Source: Opitutales bacterium
GTDB taxonomy: Bacteria; Verrucomicrobiota; Verrucomicrobiia; Opitutales; PNEW01
DNA: 64,000 nt
Assembly (NCBI GenBank): GCA_965197745.1
Contig: CBDANS010000006.1
Span: forward strand, 896,001-960,000
Direction of reading: 5' to 3'
Under the pieces are notes generated by a model. That model made no database searches. It was not told where the DNA came from and saw only the letters and a program-made list of their open reading frames with translations. This document shows, one piece after another, positions 40,655 through 50,748 of the stretch (its first letter is position 1; the number at the start of each line of letters is the position of its first letter). A program made the translations under genes and the position numbers.

Positions 40655-41437
40655 TTATAGTTTTCTTTGCAAGTATTCGCGAATGGGGTGAGCATAATCT
40701 TCTGCTGTTTTTAACATGAACATGAAATCAAGTCCAATCGTTAACCAGTGTACACCGCGATCAATATGGCCAATCAAAGTTTTCGTATCACCGCCCCCGG
40801 CGAGGCTGAAATTCACCCCGGCATTTTTAGCTTTGCTCACATAAGTATCTATAGCGTTTACCACGTCGGGGTGATCGGGATTGCCCATGTGCCCCATTGA
40901 ACCAGCAAGATCCTGTTGACCCATGAGAAAACTCGTTATTCCCGAAACGGCTAAAATAGCGTCCAGATTTTTAATGGCATTGATGTGTTCAATTTGAACG
41001 ATGATAATCATCGCATCATTAGCTTCCTGGCAGAACGCTTTCCCCCCTTTTAGACCAAAATTGTTTGTTCTCTTTGGCCCATATCCGCGCGAGCCATCGG
41101 GGGGGTAAAGGCAAGCGGCCACTGCCTGGCGCGCTTCCTCGGCCGTTTTGACCATGGGTATTATTACACCATCGGCGCCTATATCCAAAACCGGTTTGAT
41201 CAGCACAGGGTCATTCCATCGCACGCGCACCAATGCCGTGGTATTGCTGCCTTTAGTCGCCATAATATGTGCTTGGACAGTTTCAAGGGTGTAACTATTA
41301 TGTTCCATATCGATCCAGACAAAGTCGCAAACATTGCACAGGGCTTCAGTAACCGTGGAATCGGTAAAGGTGACCGTGACACCAAGGGGAACATCACCCG
41401 CGTGCATCTTTTTTTTAAATTTTTTCGCGTTGTTCAT
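40655..41437 (-). CDS. HpcH/HpaI aldolase family protein
   Basis: WIDMEH, LDIGADGVIIPMV, YPPDGSRG, IVQIE, DLAGSMG. Confidence 0.9.
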   Translation of the reverse strand: MNNAKKFKKKMHAGDVPLGVTVTFTDSTVTEALCNVCDFVWIDMEHNSYTLETVQAHIMATKGSNTTALVRVRWNDPVLIKPVLDIGADGVIIPMVKTAEEARQAVAACLYPPDGSRGYGPKRTNNFGLKGGKAFCQEANDAMIIIVQIEHINAIKNLDAILAVSGITSFLMGQQDLAGSMGHMGNPDHPDVVNAIDTYVSKAKNAGVNFSLAGGGDTKTLIGHIDRGVHWLTIGLDFMFMLKTAEDYAHPIREYLQRKL

Positions 41438-41535
41438 TTATTGCTATGAATAAGTTTTTTAAAATTATGGCGATCGTGACTGCGATAGAGTAGAATGTCG
41501 ATTGAGATTTTTTGTCATTGTAGATTCGACTACTT

Positions 41536-41617
41536 GGAGGGCCACGCTCCGTCGTGGCTGAGAACAGTATGGGTTCGTGCAGGGTAAATTCGCGGACGCG
41601 ACGAAGCGCGTCCCTCC
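41536..41617. repeat. Repeat family A, uninterrupted copy
   Basis: GGAGGGCCACGCTCCGTCGTGGC ... CGGACGCGACGAAGCGCGTCCCTCC. Confidence 0.8.
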
Positions 41618-41754
41618 AGTAGAATAATTCAATCGACAATTCGTACCGAGGGCTCAATCCGACATCCTCCAAATAATCCCCTCCCTTTTACCCATTAACC
41701 CTTTATCCATTTAAATTCCTAGACAAGACTCACCACAACCCCTAATAAAAGTAG

Positions 41755-42756
41755 ATGGGGCAATTCAAAGTAGCTTTAGTTGCACTCGATAAGAGAAGAA
41801 TAGGACTTCCGGAATGGGTGAAATCCGGCCTTGACGATAATAATATCGAATGGGTTCACCGGGAATGCACGACAAGAGAAGAATTGTCGGAGTTTGCCAG
41901 CGACGCGGATATAGTCTGGGTACACGGGGGTAGTAAAATTGTAAACGAAGATAGCATCAAAGATTTAAAACGTTGCGGAGCGATCATCCGTGCTGGCAGC
42001 GGCACCGATAACATCCCGGTTGAAGAAGCAACAAAGATGGGAATCGTTGTCGCGCACACTCCCGAAGCGACAAGAGAGGAAGTCTCAGACCACACCATCG
42101 GATTGTTACTTAACGTGGTACGACAGATTTCATTACAAGACCATGCCATTCACAATGGGATTTGGACACACGAAACAGGTAGACCACGATGCCAGATGCT
42201 CGAGCAGACCTTGGGACTTATCGGATTCGGAAACATCGCGCGTTCCGTTATCAAAAAACTAAGCGGATTTGAAATGAATTTTATTGTCTATGACAAATAT
42301 GTAAGTTCCGAGACAATTGAAGCAGCAGGAGCAATGGCGAAAGATTTGGATGAAGTAATGTCGCAAGCTGATTTCGTTTCTATTCATTGTCCCTGGACCC
42401 CTGAGACCTTTCACCTTATCGGCGAGCATGAGCTTCGCTTGATGAAACCGTCGGCAATTCTGATTAACACCTCACGAGGAAAAGTCATTGATGAGGATGC
42501 CCTGATTAAAGCCCTGCAGGAAGGTTGGTTTGACGCAGCAGGACTGGATGTCCTGAATGAAGAACCTCCCCGGCCGGATAACCCTTTATTAAAAATGGAC
42601 AATGTCGTTCTGACCCCGCATAACGGTGGTTATTCTAGTGTGTCCCAAGAAAACTTCTGGCGCTACAGTTTGGATGCAGCGATTGCTTTTTCTGAAGGTC
42701 ACTGGCCGCGCTCCTACGTCAATCATGACGTTAAACCTCGTTGGAATCTGACTTGA
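41755..42756 (+). CDS. D-isomer-specific 2-hydroxyacid dehydrogenase
   Basis: GSGTDNI, GLIGFGNIA, INTSRG, AGLDV...EP, TPH. Confidence 0.92.
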   Translation: MGQFKVALVALDKRRIGLPEWVKSGLDDNNIEWVHRECTTREELSEFASDADIVWVHGGSKIVNEDSIKDLKRCGAIIRAGSGTDNIPVEEATKMGIVVAHTPEATREEVSDHTIGLLLNVVRQISLQDHAIHNGIWTHETGRPRCQMLEQTLGLIGFGNIARSVIKKLSGFEMNFIVYDKYVSSETIEAAGAMAKDLDEVMSQADFVSIHCPWTPETFHLIGEHELRLMKPSAILINTSRGKVIDEDALIKALQEGWFDAAGLDVLNEEPPRPDNPLLKMDNVVLTPHNGGYSSVSQENFWRYSLDAAIAFSEGHWPRSYVNHDVKPRWNLT

Positions 42757-42762
42757 TTTTTA

Positions 42763-43509
42763 ATGGCCCAACACAAAATTCTGGTTTTCAGCGCGCATGC
42801 CGCAGATTTTTGTTCGCGCAGCGGAGGGACGATTGCACTTCATACAGGTCACGATGATAAGGTGCACGTTATCGATCTGACTTTTGGAGAGCGTGGAGAG
42901 TCCGAGGATTACTGGCAAAGGAAGGGGAGTAAGTCGATAGATAAAGCAAAGAAAGTTCGGCGAGCTGAAGCTGAAGAAGCGGCAGCTATCCTCGGCGCAA
43001 GCATTGAGTTTATGGATTACGGGGATTACCCGTTATTTATCGATCGAGAACAATTAGATGCCCTGGCTCGCCTTATTCGTCAAATCCGTCCGGCAATTAT
43101 TATTACCCATTGGAAGTCGGATCCCACGAACGTGGATCACGAAATTACCACATCCGCTGTGATTCGCGCCTCGACCATGGCGGCGACTCCGGGTTTTGAT
43201 AACGACAAGAGTGAAGTCCTTCACTTTCCCCATCTCTTTTTTTATGAACCGACTATACCGCGGAATGACATCACCGGGTTTAACCCTGATACTTACATCG
43301 ATATAACCGCAGTATTTGAAAAGAAAATATCCGCATTAAAGGCGTTGAGATCACAGACAAAACTCCCCACCTGGTACACCCAGTGGGCCGAGTACCGAGG
43401 CGCTCAGGCGACCCAGTTGAGTGGACAACCCATAAAGTACGCGGAAGCATTCAAACGCTATACCGCATCTGTATCGACCCAACTACCGGTTTTTGATTCG
43501 TGGGAATAA
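42763..43509 (+). CDS. PIG-L family metalloenzyme, GalB (4-oxalomesaconate hydratase)-like
   Basis: SAHAADF (instead of deacetylase PHPDD), LTFGERGES, DPTNVDH, YAEAF. Confidence 0.75.
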   Translation: MAQHKILVFSAHAADFCSRSGGTIALHTGHDDKVHVIDLTFGERGESEDYWQRKGSKSIDKAKKVRRAEAEEAAAILGASIEFMDYGDYPLFIDREQLDALARLIRQIRPAIIITHWKSDPTNVDHEITTSAVIRASTMAATPGFDNDKSEVLHFPHLFFYEPTIPRNDITGFNPDTYIDITAVFEKKISALKALRSQTKLPTWYTQWAEYRGAQATQLSGQPIKYAEAFKRYTASVSTQLPVFDSWE

Positions 43510-43808
43510 CATCATATCTTCGTCTTCGTCTCAGCTGAATATTTTATAAATATTGAGCTATAATTCTAGCATTCCAAAGGTGGAACGCGCTGTCCCTAGC
43601 GCGTTTATTATAAGTCATAGATAAGAGAAGAGTACTGGGGAACCAACCGTCGCAGACGTAGACGAAGCTTATTAAATAAGATTTGCGACCTAAACCTATG
43701 CCAAGTACGGACGACATAATGTTATCATAGCCAATTGGCGTCATATGTTCTAACTGTTTGGAATGAATACCCTTGTTACACGATAGAAATTTTAGCACAT
43801 TAAAATCT

Positions 43809-44984
43809 ATGGCAAAAAAAATTGGTGTTGGTGTTATCGGTATGGGCTGGATGGGGCAGGTGCATAGTCGCAGTTACAGGCAAGTTCCTGATCGTTTTCG
43901 TGAAAGCGGTATTACCCCCCGCCTGATTGTCTGTTCTGATAATGTCGAAGCTAGGGCAAAAGAAGCAAAGGAATTTTTAGGTTTTGAGAATTGGGTAACC
44001 GACTGGAAGGAAGTGGTAGCAAATCCGGAGGTTGAAGCTGTTAATATCACAACGCCCAACCACCTTCACCTTGAAATCGTGCGCGCTGCCGCCCAGGCCG
44101 AAAAGCATGTTTATTGTGAAAAGCCAGTCGGAATGAGCACGAGGGAAACCGCTGAAATCGAATCGCTTGCCCGCGAGGCAGGTATCCTTTCACTCGTCGG
44201 TTTTAATTACCGCTGGGCTCCACTCGTTCAGTATGCCCATCAATTGATAGGCGAGGGGAAATTGGGTGAGTTAACACATTATCGCGGCCGATTCTTAGTC
44301 GGCTATGCGAGTAATCCCGACGGCGGTCTCACCTGGAGATTTAAAAAAGAGTTAGCGGGATTGGGAACACTGGGTGATTTAATGTCACATGTCACCCATA
44401 TTGCGCATTTTCTTGCCGGACCAATCGCTGAAGTCATAGGTAGCGAGACGACATTCATTCCCCAACGCCCAATTGTGAAAGAGGGTGAAGGCACGCATTT
44501 TTTGGCGCGCGGTGGTGCAGAAAAAGGGGACGTCACGAACGAAGATTATGCCGGCGCGCTCGTTAAATTTGCCAATGGCGCTCACGGATCTTTTGAAGCG
44601 TGCCGGATAATCAGCGGCATGCAATGCCAGATGGCTTTTGAAGTGCATGGAACCAAAGGTGCAATAAACTGGAATTTTGAGAAAATGAATGAGATGAATG
44701 TCTTTCTGCCCGACGAGAATAACGTACACGATGGCTTCGTCACCCTCTATACGGGACCCGAGCACCCCTATCACGCCAATTTTAATCCAGGTCCAGCCAA
44801 CAGTTTGAGTTACGAAGACCTAAAGATAATTGAGTCCTATAATTTCCTTCGGTCTATCCGTGAAAATAAGCAGGCAGACCCCGGCTTCGATGCCGCACTG
44901 AGAGTCGCTGAAGTGCATGATGCCATCATTCGCTCCTGGGTTTCAAAACAATGGGAAGCTGTTAAGCTGATTAATATAGGGTAG
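43809..44984 (+). CDS. Gfo/Idh/MocA family oxidoreductase
   Basis: GVIGMGWMG, TPNHLH, CEKP, GDLMSH. Confidence 0.9.
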   Translation: MAKKIGVGVIGMGWMGQVHSRSYRQVPDRFRESGITPRLIVCSDNVEARAKEAKEFLGFENWVTDWKEVVANPEVEAVNITTPNHLHLEIVRAAAQAEKHVYCEKPVGMSTRETAEIESLAREAGILSLVGFNYRWAPLVQYAHQLIGEGKLGELTHYRGRFLVGYASNPDGGLTWRFKKELAGLGTLGDLMSHVTHIAHFLAGPIAEVIGSETTFIPQRPIVKEGEGTHFLARGGAEKGDVTNEDYAGALVKFANGAHGSFEACRIISGMQCQMAFEVHGTKGAINWNFEKMNEMNVFLPDENNVHDGFVTLYTGPEHPYHANFNPGPANSLSYEDLKIIESYNFLRSIRENKQADPGFDAALRVAEVHDAIIRSWVSKQWEAVKLINIG

Positions 44985-45043
44985 GGGGTAATTTTAAAAA
45001 TACCCGGATGCAACAAAGTGCGTCCTTCCAAAATTTAATTAAT

Positions 45044-45110
45044 GGAGGGCCACGCGGTGCCTGTCAGCCATAGCCCCGCATCAGCGAGGGCGACGGCTGA
45101 TCTTGGCCGC
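45044..45110. repeat. Repeat family A half copy with nested element (45060-45100)
   Basis: GGAGGGCCACGCGGTG[CCTGTCAGCCATAGCCCCGCATCAGCGAGGGCGACGGCTGA]TCTTGGCCG. Confidence 0.75.
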
Positions 45111-45211
45111 AATTATAATTAAGCACAAATTTTTCTCTGAAGAATTTATTTTTAATAAGAGGATATAAATGACTGAATAACAAACGAGAAAAGAATAAAG
45201 TTGCAGCTCTC

Positions 45212-46789
45212 TTACCCAATTAAATAGGCAGTTTTTGCCAGATTTTTTATATTAGGTTCTAATTTTTCATCGATAATATTTTGGATCCTATCCCTATCCC
45301 TAATCTCTTCATTATCTTTCTTAAAAACCAGCTCACCCGTCTCTGTCATTTGCATTAATTTATCACTGATTGCCTTCACGTCATTTTTCCCGTCGAGTAA
45401 TAGAATGATTCTTTGAATTACATAATCCAATTTCTTGGATGCATGATGCTCATTCGTCACACTCAAACCTGACCGGGCTTGAAATCGAGCAAAGAGTGAC
45501 GTAACAGGGTACTGACTTATCTTATTAACCAGTTTTATTTCGACCGTATTAAAATCAATAGCTTTTTTTATATAACACTGAACGATAAAATCGCGTAATG
45601 CATTAATATCAACAGCTGATAGTTTTTTACCCTCGTTGTCATAAAGGGATTGATTTAAAAAATCGATAATTTCACTGAATTTTACAGCACGGGGGGACAA
45701 CTCGCTTAGATATTTAAATAAAATTTTTGCTAATCTGTTCTTCAAAATTAATTTAAAATCTTTACGCCCGGTAAAAGTATATTCGTTACCCTCTTCTAAG
45801 TTAATCGTGTCAGATTCAGGTTTTAATTCAGTGTATAAATAAAATTCCTTAACTAAATCGGGGTTGATGTTTCTCTTTATTTCAACGCTTTCATGGCACA
45901 ATAATGTTTGGCGAAATTGTCGATTCCGTAAAAAATCCATATACTGCTCGGTTGCAATTATGCTCTTATCAATCTTTTTTAAAACCTTAATAGCCTTTGG
46001 GGGAAAATTACTTTTCAGCATGGATTGAAAGTCAGCTTCTCCCAAGTACTTCAATCCATGCTTGAAAGCTCTTTGGGTAAACTCATAAAAATAACAGGGC
46101 TCATTAACGCCTTCGAGCATTTCATGAATGATATAGCTGTTTGGATATTTCTTCAGCATCTCGAGTTCATTTTTTAAAAAAGACCCATAGGGGTCTTTTT
46201 CTGAAGTCACGGCTTCACTTAAAAATGCGAGCAGTGCACGCGCCTGGTTAGCTTTTTCATTAGGTTCATTTATACTGTGGGTATGAAACAACATCATGTC
46301 CCTGATCATGCTTTTCATTTTCCAGCCCGGATAGGTATTATAACTGATGTAAGCAATACCTTGTGGATTCAAACTCTGACTACAGATTTTTAATATTTTT
46401 TCTCGGACGTTTTCCGGCACCCAGGAATATGTACCATGAACGATGATGAAATCGAACTCTCCTTCTTTGTCATTTAAATCATTTATGTCAGCCTGATTTA
46501 AGGTAATATTATTAATTTTAACTGCTTCGATTATTTTTTTCCCCACTTCGATTTGATTAGACAATAAATCATAGCCGACAAATTCACTTTGAGGGAAATT
46601 AAAAGCCATCGGGATCAAATTACCCCCTTGGGCACAGCCTAACTCCAGCACGCGGCATCCGTCGACTGGAGCTGGTGACATCCCAAACAACTGTCCAATT
46701 ACCGATAATCGGTTTGGATGTGTTTGTGGGAATGAATACATTTCATACGGAACTTCGTCGTATGATATTTGATTAACTTCTCCTAACAT
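45212..46789 (-). CDS. SAM-dependent methyltransferase with methyltransferase regulatory domain
   Basis: SYDEVPY...THP, VLELGCAQGGNL, FDFIIVHG.YSWV, YISYNTYPGW, EQYMDFLRNRQFRQTLL, C-terminal LLDGK helix bundle. Confidence 0.88.
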   Translation of the reverse strand: MLGEVNQISYDEVPYEMYSFPQTHPNRLSVIGQLFGMSPAPVDGCRVLELGCAQGGNLIPMAFNFPQSEFVGYDLLSNQIEVGKKIIEAVKINNITLNQADINDLNDKEGEFDFIIVHGTYSWVPENVREKILKICSQSLNPQGIAYISYNTYPGWKMKSMIRDMMLFHTHSINEPNEKANQARALLAFLSEAVTSEKDPYGSFLKNELEMLKKYPNSYIIHEMLEGVNEPCYFYEFTQRAFKHGLKYLGEADFQSMLKSNFPPKAIKVLKKIDKSIIATEQYMDFLRNRQFRQTLLCHESVEIKRNINPDLVKEFYLYTELKPESDTINLEEGNEYTFTGRKDFKLILKNRLAKILFKYLSELSPRAVKFSEIIDFLNQSLYDNEGKKLSAVDINALRDFIVQCYIKKAIDFNTVEIKLVNKISQYPVTSLFARFQARSGLSVTNEHHASKKLDYVIQRIILLLDGKNDVKAISDKLMQMTETGELVFKKDNEEIRDRDRIQNIIDEKLEPNIKNLAKTAYLIG

Positions 46790-47001
46790 TATTAATATGC
46801 ACTAATTGAAAATTTGTAGATGTCGATTTTAAAGATATACTCAAAAAATATTAGTGAATGGCATTGAGAGCGTTTTTTGAATGTCCACCTTTAACCCCAA
46901 TCTATCTTTACTGCTAATCTAAGCTTTATCGAAGTGAAGTAAGAAAGTATAGGCGAAATTATACGGTGCCAGCTGGATTATGCGTAAATGTTACATCAGT
47001 T

Positions 47002-47173
47002 TTGTCATAGCGAAGGAGGGTGTCGACTGCGGACTTGGGCATGATCACGAGGTCGAATGCGCCCAATGCTACCGAGTACGTAGCCCGTTGATTTACAATT
47101 CAGGGAAAAGTCTGTTGCAAAATTAACAACCTGGTTTGCCACGGTCGACTGATAGTCTCCCTCGCAACAACAA
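47002..47173. repeat. Repeat family C, degenerate copy with internal insertions
   Basis: TTGTCATAGCGAAGGAG...GACTGCGG ... CCTGGTTTGCCACGGTCG...CCTCGCAACAACAA. Confidence 0.6.
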
Positions 47174-47234
47174 AAGTAGCATTGACTTAAATACTTCCTC
47201 TTCCTCAAGTGTAATTAAAAGCCGAGGAAATAAT

Positions 47235-48071
47235 ATGAGTGAATCAGATAAGATGGACGGGAAACGGGTATTGGTAACCGGATCGGGAACTGGCATTGGC
47301 CGGGGTGTGGCATTGGAATTTGCGAAAGCGGGCGCTGCCGTAGTGCTTCACTACGCCCATAGCGAGGAAGGGTGTCGCCGCGCTGTCGATGAAATCCAGA
47401 ATGCGGGGGGAAAAGCGGAAGCGTTCAAAGCTGATCTCGGGAATATCGATGACTGTCGAGACCTTGCTTTAAAAGCCGTTGATTTTCTGGGGGGGGTCGA
47501 TGTGCTCGTGAACAATTCAGGGATTACTATGAACAAACCTTTTCTCGAGGTAACTCCGGAACAGTTTAACACCCTTTACAATGTTAATATTAGAGGGATG
47601 TTTTTTCTCACTCAATTCACTGCTCCGGGCATGATTGAACAGGGCAAGGGCGCAGTTATCAATTTAACCTCGGTTCACGCTTATGCCGGGATGAGCGAAC
47701 ACACCGTTTACGCGGGAACGAAAGGAGCGATTGTCGCTTTTACCCGCGTTCTCGCTTTGGAGCTCGCGCAAAAAGGGGTTAGGGTGAATGCCATTGCGCC
47801 CGGTTGGATTCTTGTCGAAAACCATCTTAAAGTGCTGAAAGATTTTGATCGTGAAGAGGCTGCCGCCAGCATCCCCGCAGGGATAATTGGAGCCCCGACT
47901 GATATTGGCAAACTGGCGCTCTTTCTCGCATCTGATGACGCGCGTTACATTGTCGGCCAGACTTTCGTTATCGATGGAGGACAGCTATCGATCATGCCCT
48001 TGACCGGTGACTTCAGGGAAGAGCGAAAAGAGCAGTGGGGCCAGGGTTATGTGCCCGGACTCGATAAGTAG
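47235..48071 (+). CDS. SDR family oxidoreductase
   Basis: TGSGTGIG, LVNNSG, YAGTK, VNAIAPG, DGG. Start set at ATG 47235, after a GAGG RBS. Confidence 0.92.
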   Translation: MSESDKMDGKRVLVTGSGTGIGRGVALEFAKAGAAVVLHYAHSEEGCRRAVDEIQNAGGKAEAFKADLGNIDDCRDLALKAVDFLGGVDVLVNNSGITMNKPFLEVTPEQFNTLYNVNIRGMFFLTQFTAPGMIEQGKGAVINLTSVHAYAGMSEHTVYAGTKGAIVAFTRVLALELAQKGVRVNAIAPGWILVENHLKVLKDFDREEAAASIPAGIIGAPTDIGKLALFLASDDARYIVGQTFVIDGGQLSIMPLTGDFREERKEQWGQGYVPGLDK

Positions 48072-48235
48072 TAGCATAGCCAACCGCCTGATTAAATTTA
48101 TTTTAAGAAAAATAACCACGGATAACGCGGATTGATACGGATGTCGTGGTATGATTTATAACGTTAATAAATAAAATTAGACAATAATAAGAACATGGAT
48201 AGAGAAAGGGTTCCGTCCCTCGACCTTTTCGAATC

Positions 48236-48314
48236 TTATCCGTTTAATCAGCGGTTTATCCGTATAATCCGTTTTAATCCGCGGTTTATCTGTATAGTCC
48301 GTTTAATGCGCGGT
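48236..48314 (-). repeat. Tandem 29-30 bp family D units overlapping the 3' end of the PhyH gene
   Basis: Minus strand: ACCGCGCATTAAACGGACTATACAGATAA / ACCGCGGATTAAAACGGATTATACGGATAA / ACCGCTGATTAAACGGATAA. Inverted partner CCACGGATAACGCGGATTGATACGGAT at about 48114-48142. Confidence 0.7.
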
Positions 48315-49158
48315 CGTTTTCGAGAAAGCCCCACTCGTCGAGTGACCTTATCCAGCGCGCGCGCTTCGGATTCCCTTCAGAGTTGGCCAGCCAGCTATCT
48401 GGGTACTGGGGTCCGGGAAATTTTATTTTCTGCCTCGTCCGGCAACTCTGTTCGCGCATATTCTTTTCTGATTCCACTTCTTCAGGACTGTGAGGGTACT
48501 TGTGCCAATTAACGCTACACATGCGACGGTCTTTTGAACCGCCCCAGGTCGCATGCCAGAGACGAAAGTCAAAGGTCACCACGTCACCCGGTTCAGATTG
48601 GCAAATGTGCGCGGGGATGTCCTTTGTTTCCAGCCCCGCAGCTTTCAGGTAGGAATCCCCATCACCAACGTTAGCCCCTTTTAAACCCATACTTATTAAT
48701 TCATTGTGAAAGGGGCTCCGGTGCGAACCGGGAATAACCCGGAGGGCTCCGGTATTGCCATCGAGCGGCTGCAGATAAATGGCAAACTTCAGTCCCTGCA
48801 TGTTCATGTCCGAGACATCGGGATGCCACTCCGTGCGATCCCCGGAGAAGTGGTTGCCATTGGAAAAGATGGCCATGGCGTCCTCACCCAGCAACTGCTC
48901 CGCGGCCGAGTAGATTCGAGGGTCTTCGGGAAGTTTAGCTAAGGTCGGCGTATCCGAGCCCAGGTTGGACCAGTTATACTGACCGCGGACCCCCACGGAT
49001 TCAGAATGATGCTGCCTCGCGTTCGCGAATCCCCTCTCAAAATCTTCGTTCATGAGATCAATTTCATTGAGGGCAAATACCTTGCGGCGAAGGATAAAGC
49101 CAAAGGTTCTGAAATGTTCAATCTGGCTATCGGTTAAACGATAATTGTCTTGAATCAT
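48286..49158 (-). CDS. Phytanoyl-CoA dioxygenase (PhyH) family Fe(II)/2-oxoglutarate oxygenase
   Basis: F.TFGF, WHPD, GALRVIPGSH, PGDVVTF...WHA, R. Confidence 0.88.
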   Translation of the reverse strand: MIQDNYRLTDSQIEHFRTFGFILRRKVFALNEIDLMNEDFERGFANARQHHSESVGVRGQYNWSNLGSDTPTLAKLPEDPRIYSAAEQLLGEDAMAIFSNGNHFSGDRTEWHPDVSDMNMQGLKFAIYLQPLDGNTGALRVIPGSHRSPFHNELISMGLKGANVGDGDSYLKAAGLETKDIPAHICQSEPGDVVTFDFRLWHATWGGSKDRRMCSVNWHKYPHSPEEVESEKNMREQSCRTRQKIKFPGPQYPDSWLANSEGNPKRARWIRSLDEWGFLENDRALNGLYR

Positions 49159-49263
49159 ATTAATACTGTAACCCTATTGTTCACCACCGTCAATAGGGAT
49201 GAGGATCGTGAATAGTGATACTTTGATTTAATATTCTGGGCTATAACCTTAACCTGCGAAATC

Positions 49264-50436
49264 TTATTTCCCTTGTAATCTATAACTGGCAAGTGAAAGG
49301 ACGGCGCCAAAGACGATGATAAAGCAGCCGGCTATCGCAAAGGTAAAAGATATGCCAAAATGTGCGGTCAAAGGATGTGAAACGAGCGGTGCAAAAAACA
49401 TCCCGAGAAAAAAGGATGTCATTAAACCACCGACTGCTCTTCCACGATAGGCCAAAGGGGCAACCACATTTACCCAGACATTGACATTAGGCATAAATAA
49501 TCCAAAACCCAGAGCGGAAAAAAATACCGCGCCCATCGCGACGGTAAAATTAGTCGAAAAGAAAAGAATGCAGCAACCAATCCCGATTACAATAGTACCG
49601 ATAAGTGTAATCGCGCTAAAATTTAAGTGCCTACTGACATGGCTATAGCGCAGGGAAACTAATGCGGATATACATGTCGATATCGCCATAACCAATCCCA
49701 CAATCGTGCTTCTCGTGACTCCCAACTCCACGGAATAGAGGGGAAAGAGCACACCCACCAGATAGTATGTAGCCATTGTTATTAGAGTGATGATATAAAT
49801 CAGTCCGACGAGTAATAAGGGGAATTTTTCATCTCCAGTCTCCTCATTGATCGCCTCATCAATGGGTTTGTGCTCAGGTTCAGTGAGAAAAAAGTGTCCG
49901 ACAATAAGAGCAAAAAACGCAATCGTGAAGAGGTAAAATGGCCCCCGCCAGCTGATGTCTCCGAGTATACCACTTGCCGTCAAATAAAACATGGACCCGA
50001 ACTGTATGAAGAAAGCCTGGAACCCCATAGCTCTTTTTCGTTTTTCACCCGGGTAATAATCGGCAATGAGTGTCATGCAAGGGGTAGTCACTCCAGCCAA
50101 GGCGAACCCGAGCAAGGCCCTACCCATGATAAGAGAAAGCAATGATTCAGCATAGCATCCTGTAGTGCCGGAAATTCCGAATACAAAAAGAGAAAAAAGG
50201 AGAATGCGCTTGCGACCGTAGCGGTCGACAATGAAACCGGCAAATGGAGCACACACGGAAGTAAAAATAAAGGGAATAGCTAAAAAGAGCCGGACTAAAA
50301 ATTCACCGTTGGGTTCACCCCCAAAATGAGCTTGTATTTTAGGTAATGACGGCATCACCGTTGCCCCCATCATCGCCGGCATCGTACTCGCAATTAATAA
50401 AGTTCCCAGGCGTAATTGTTCTTTATTCATGAACAA
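49264..50436 (-). CDS. MFS transporter
   Basis: About 12 TMs, GFIVDRYGRKR motif A. Confidence 0.9.
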   Translation of the reverse strand: MFMNKEQLRLGTLLIASTMPAMMGATVMPSLPKIQAHFGGEPNGEFLVRLFLAIPFIFTSVCAPFAGFIVDRYGRKRILLFSLFVFGISGTTGCYAESLLSLIMGRALLGFALAGVTTPCMTLIADYYPGEKRKRAMGFQAFFIQFGSMFYLTASGILGDISWRGPFYLFTIAFFALIVGHFFLTEPEHKPIDEAINEETGDEKFPLLLVGLIYIITLITMATYYLVGVLFPLYSVELGVTRSTIVGLVMAISTCISALVSLRYSHVSRHLNFSAITLIGTIVIGIGCCILFFSTNFTVAMGAVFFSALGFGLFMPNVNVWVNVVAPLAYRGRAVGGLMTSFFLGMFFAPLVSHPLTAHFGISFTFAIAGCFIIVFGAVLSLASYRLQGK

Positions 50437-50560
50437 AGGGTTTTATCGTAAATTTTAAATGGGAATAGGCTATGAAATAATGAACGTGCTCAGTTCGTTC
50501 ATGGCCGATACGGTTTTCCCTCATGACGAGTATAAATATAACACGTATTCGACACAACAA

Positions 50561-50717
50561 TGGTGGAACGCGGCCTGCGACGAGCTCAGTCGAATCGTGT
50601 CCCTACCGCGTCTTGTATTTAAAATAATATAATACATGAAGAAGCGTGCTGAGACCAACCGTCGTCCCGTCCCGCAGTCGCGGGAGGACTATGTCGGACA
50701 GGCAGCACGCTCCACCT
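50561..50717. repeat. Repeat family B with nested insertions in both arms
   Basis: GGTGGAACGCGG[CCTGCGACGAGCTCAGTCGAATCG]TGTCCC ... GAGAC[CAACCGTCGTCCC..GGACTATGTCGGACAGG]CAGCACGCTCCACC. Confidence 0.75.
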
Positions 50718-50748
50718 TGGTCTATTATTTATAAAAAGCTTTAAGCGC

